Positions 63,428 through 64,000 of a DNA stretch of 64,000 bases are shown here, piece after piece. A model generated the notes under the pieces. That model saw only the letters and a program-made list of their open reading frames with translations, searched no databases and was not told the DNA's origin. Source of the stretch: Minisyncoccota bacterium. GTDB lineage: Bacteria > Patescibacteriota > Minisyncoccia > Minisyncoccales > JAGOPM01. Position 1 is the stretch's first letter. Every line of letters begins with the position of its first letter. A program made the position numbers and the translations under genes. The stretch spans positions 89,169 through 153,168 of the forward strand of contig JBAZJI010000001.1 of NCBI GenBank assembly GCA_041651395.1, written 5' to 3'.

Positions 63428-64000
63428 ATGGAGTTTAATATTCCCTCTAAAAATAATACCAAGCTCGGCGAGGTGATGGAGCGGGTCAAAAAAAGCGTTA
63501 AGCTCGCTACAGCTTTGCGTATGAGCAATATTACCACTATTGACCGCTTGGGTTTTAATGATCATGGGCCGACCCATGTCAAAATTGTGGCTAATATGGC
63601 ACTTAAAATGTTGCGCACTTTTGGTGAAGCGGGAATTTTACCCAGTTCGGTTAAAAATTATGGCATGTCTCCCGAGGATGCTGAGGTGATAACGGTTTTA
63701 GGCACGATTTTGCACGATGTGGGGCAGGTGGTGCACCGCAAGGAGCATGAGACTATCGGTATTATCGTGGCCGAGCCGATTGTCAGCGAATTATTAAATG
63801 GCATTTATGAGCAGGCGGATTTTGAGGTGATGAAGTGGGAGATTATGCATTGCATTTATTGCCATGAACCCAATGTTGAACCTTTAACTATTGAAGCAGG
63901 GATAGTGAAAGTGGCTGATGCTTTGGACATGGAAAAGGGCCGCGCCCGCGTGCCTTATCAGGCTGGCAGTATTTCTATCCACAGCGTTTCGGCTATGGCT
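63428..64000 (+). CDS. HD-domain phosphohydrolase, 3' end cut by the window edge
   Basis: ATG at 63428, and the frame stays open to the end of the window (not in the ORF track). HGPTHV ... LHDVG ... ADALD motifs fit the HD superfamily. Confidence 0.7.
   Translation, partial: MEFNIPSKNNTKLGEVMERVKKSVKLATALRMSNITTIDRLGFNDHGPTHVKIVANMALKMLRTFGEAGILPSSVKNYGMSPEDAEVITVLGTILHDVGQVVHRKEHETIGIIVAEPIVSELLNGIYEQADFEVMKWEIMHCIYCHEPNVEPLTIEAGIVKVADALDMEKGRARVPYQAGSISIHSVSAMA

Overview
AT-rich, gene-dense bacterial window with about 60 protein genes, 3 tRNAs and an RNase P RNA. I found no rRNA, CRISPR array, transposase or integrase. The gene content is SecA/SecDF, MurB, MurJ, FtsEX, an FtsB-like protein, LepA, RF2 and Pgk, plus a sigma-region-4/HARE-HTH protein, an orphan VirD4/TraD-like ATPase and many short membrane-anchored hypotheticals. 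Start regions almost never carry a Shine-Dalgarno motif. This is what I would expect from a small-genome Patescibacteria/CPR-type bacterium, but that placement is inference only. UGA is a normal stop here: many genes end in TGA, and RF2 carries the classic CUU UGA C +1 frameshift.

Layout:
- 2-3139: MacA/MacB-type efflux genes.
- 3202-5427: a 6-TM MFS-like protein and a secreted HExxH protein.
- 5463-31882: a roughly 26-kb surface-glycan locus in five strand blocks. It holds Wzx, a WbpA/B/D/E-like diacetamido-uronic-acid module, a dehydratase/aminotransferase/NeuD-like module, two FemAB-like genes, three methyltransferases (one broken by an in-frame TGA) and two WecB paralogs. It also holds GT2/GT4 enzymes, an alpha/alpha-toroid::GT4 fusion, a WbaP-like initiating transferase and a Wzy_C+TPR protein.
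- 32142-49699: housekeeping genes, interrupted by a three-gene membrane/VirD4-like ATPase module at 39412-42957.
- 49748-64000: small envelope proteins, prfB-ftsEX, an M23 peptidase, a beta-propeller protein and an OB-fold/thermonuclease pair.

Most unusual observation: tRNA-Gly(CCC) and tRNA-Thr(CGU) are each followed directly by a truncated tRNA-like copy. Each copy runs from an anticodon-arm-like hairpin to the 3' end. Its T-loop is interrupted at the same position by a GC-rich insert of 86 or 89 nt. The two inserts are homologous, their helices covary, and each module ends in a direct repeat of the adjacent tRNA's own 3' end.

Other points worth a second look:
- the ATPase module, whose ATPase has a CxxC-x17-CxxC tail;
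- the toroid::GT4 fusion and the FemAB-like genes inside the glycan locus;
- a 21-codon poly-lysine sORF with its own promoter and terminator upstream of secA;
- recurrent -10 boxes 5-10 nt upstream of start codons, which suggests leaderless mRNAs.
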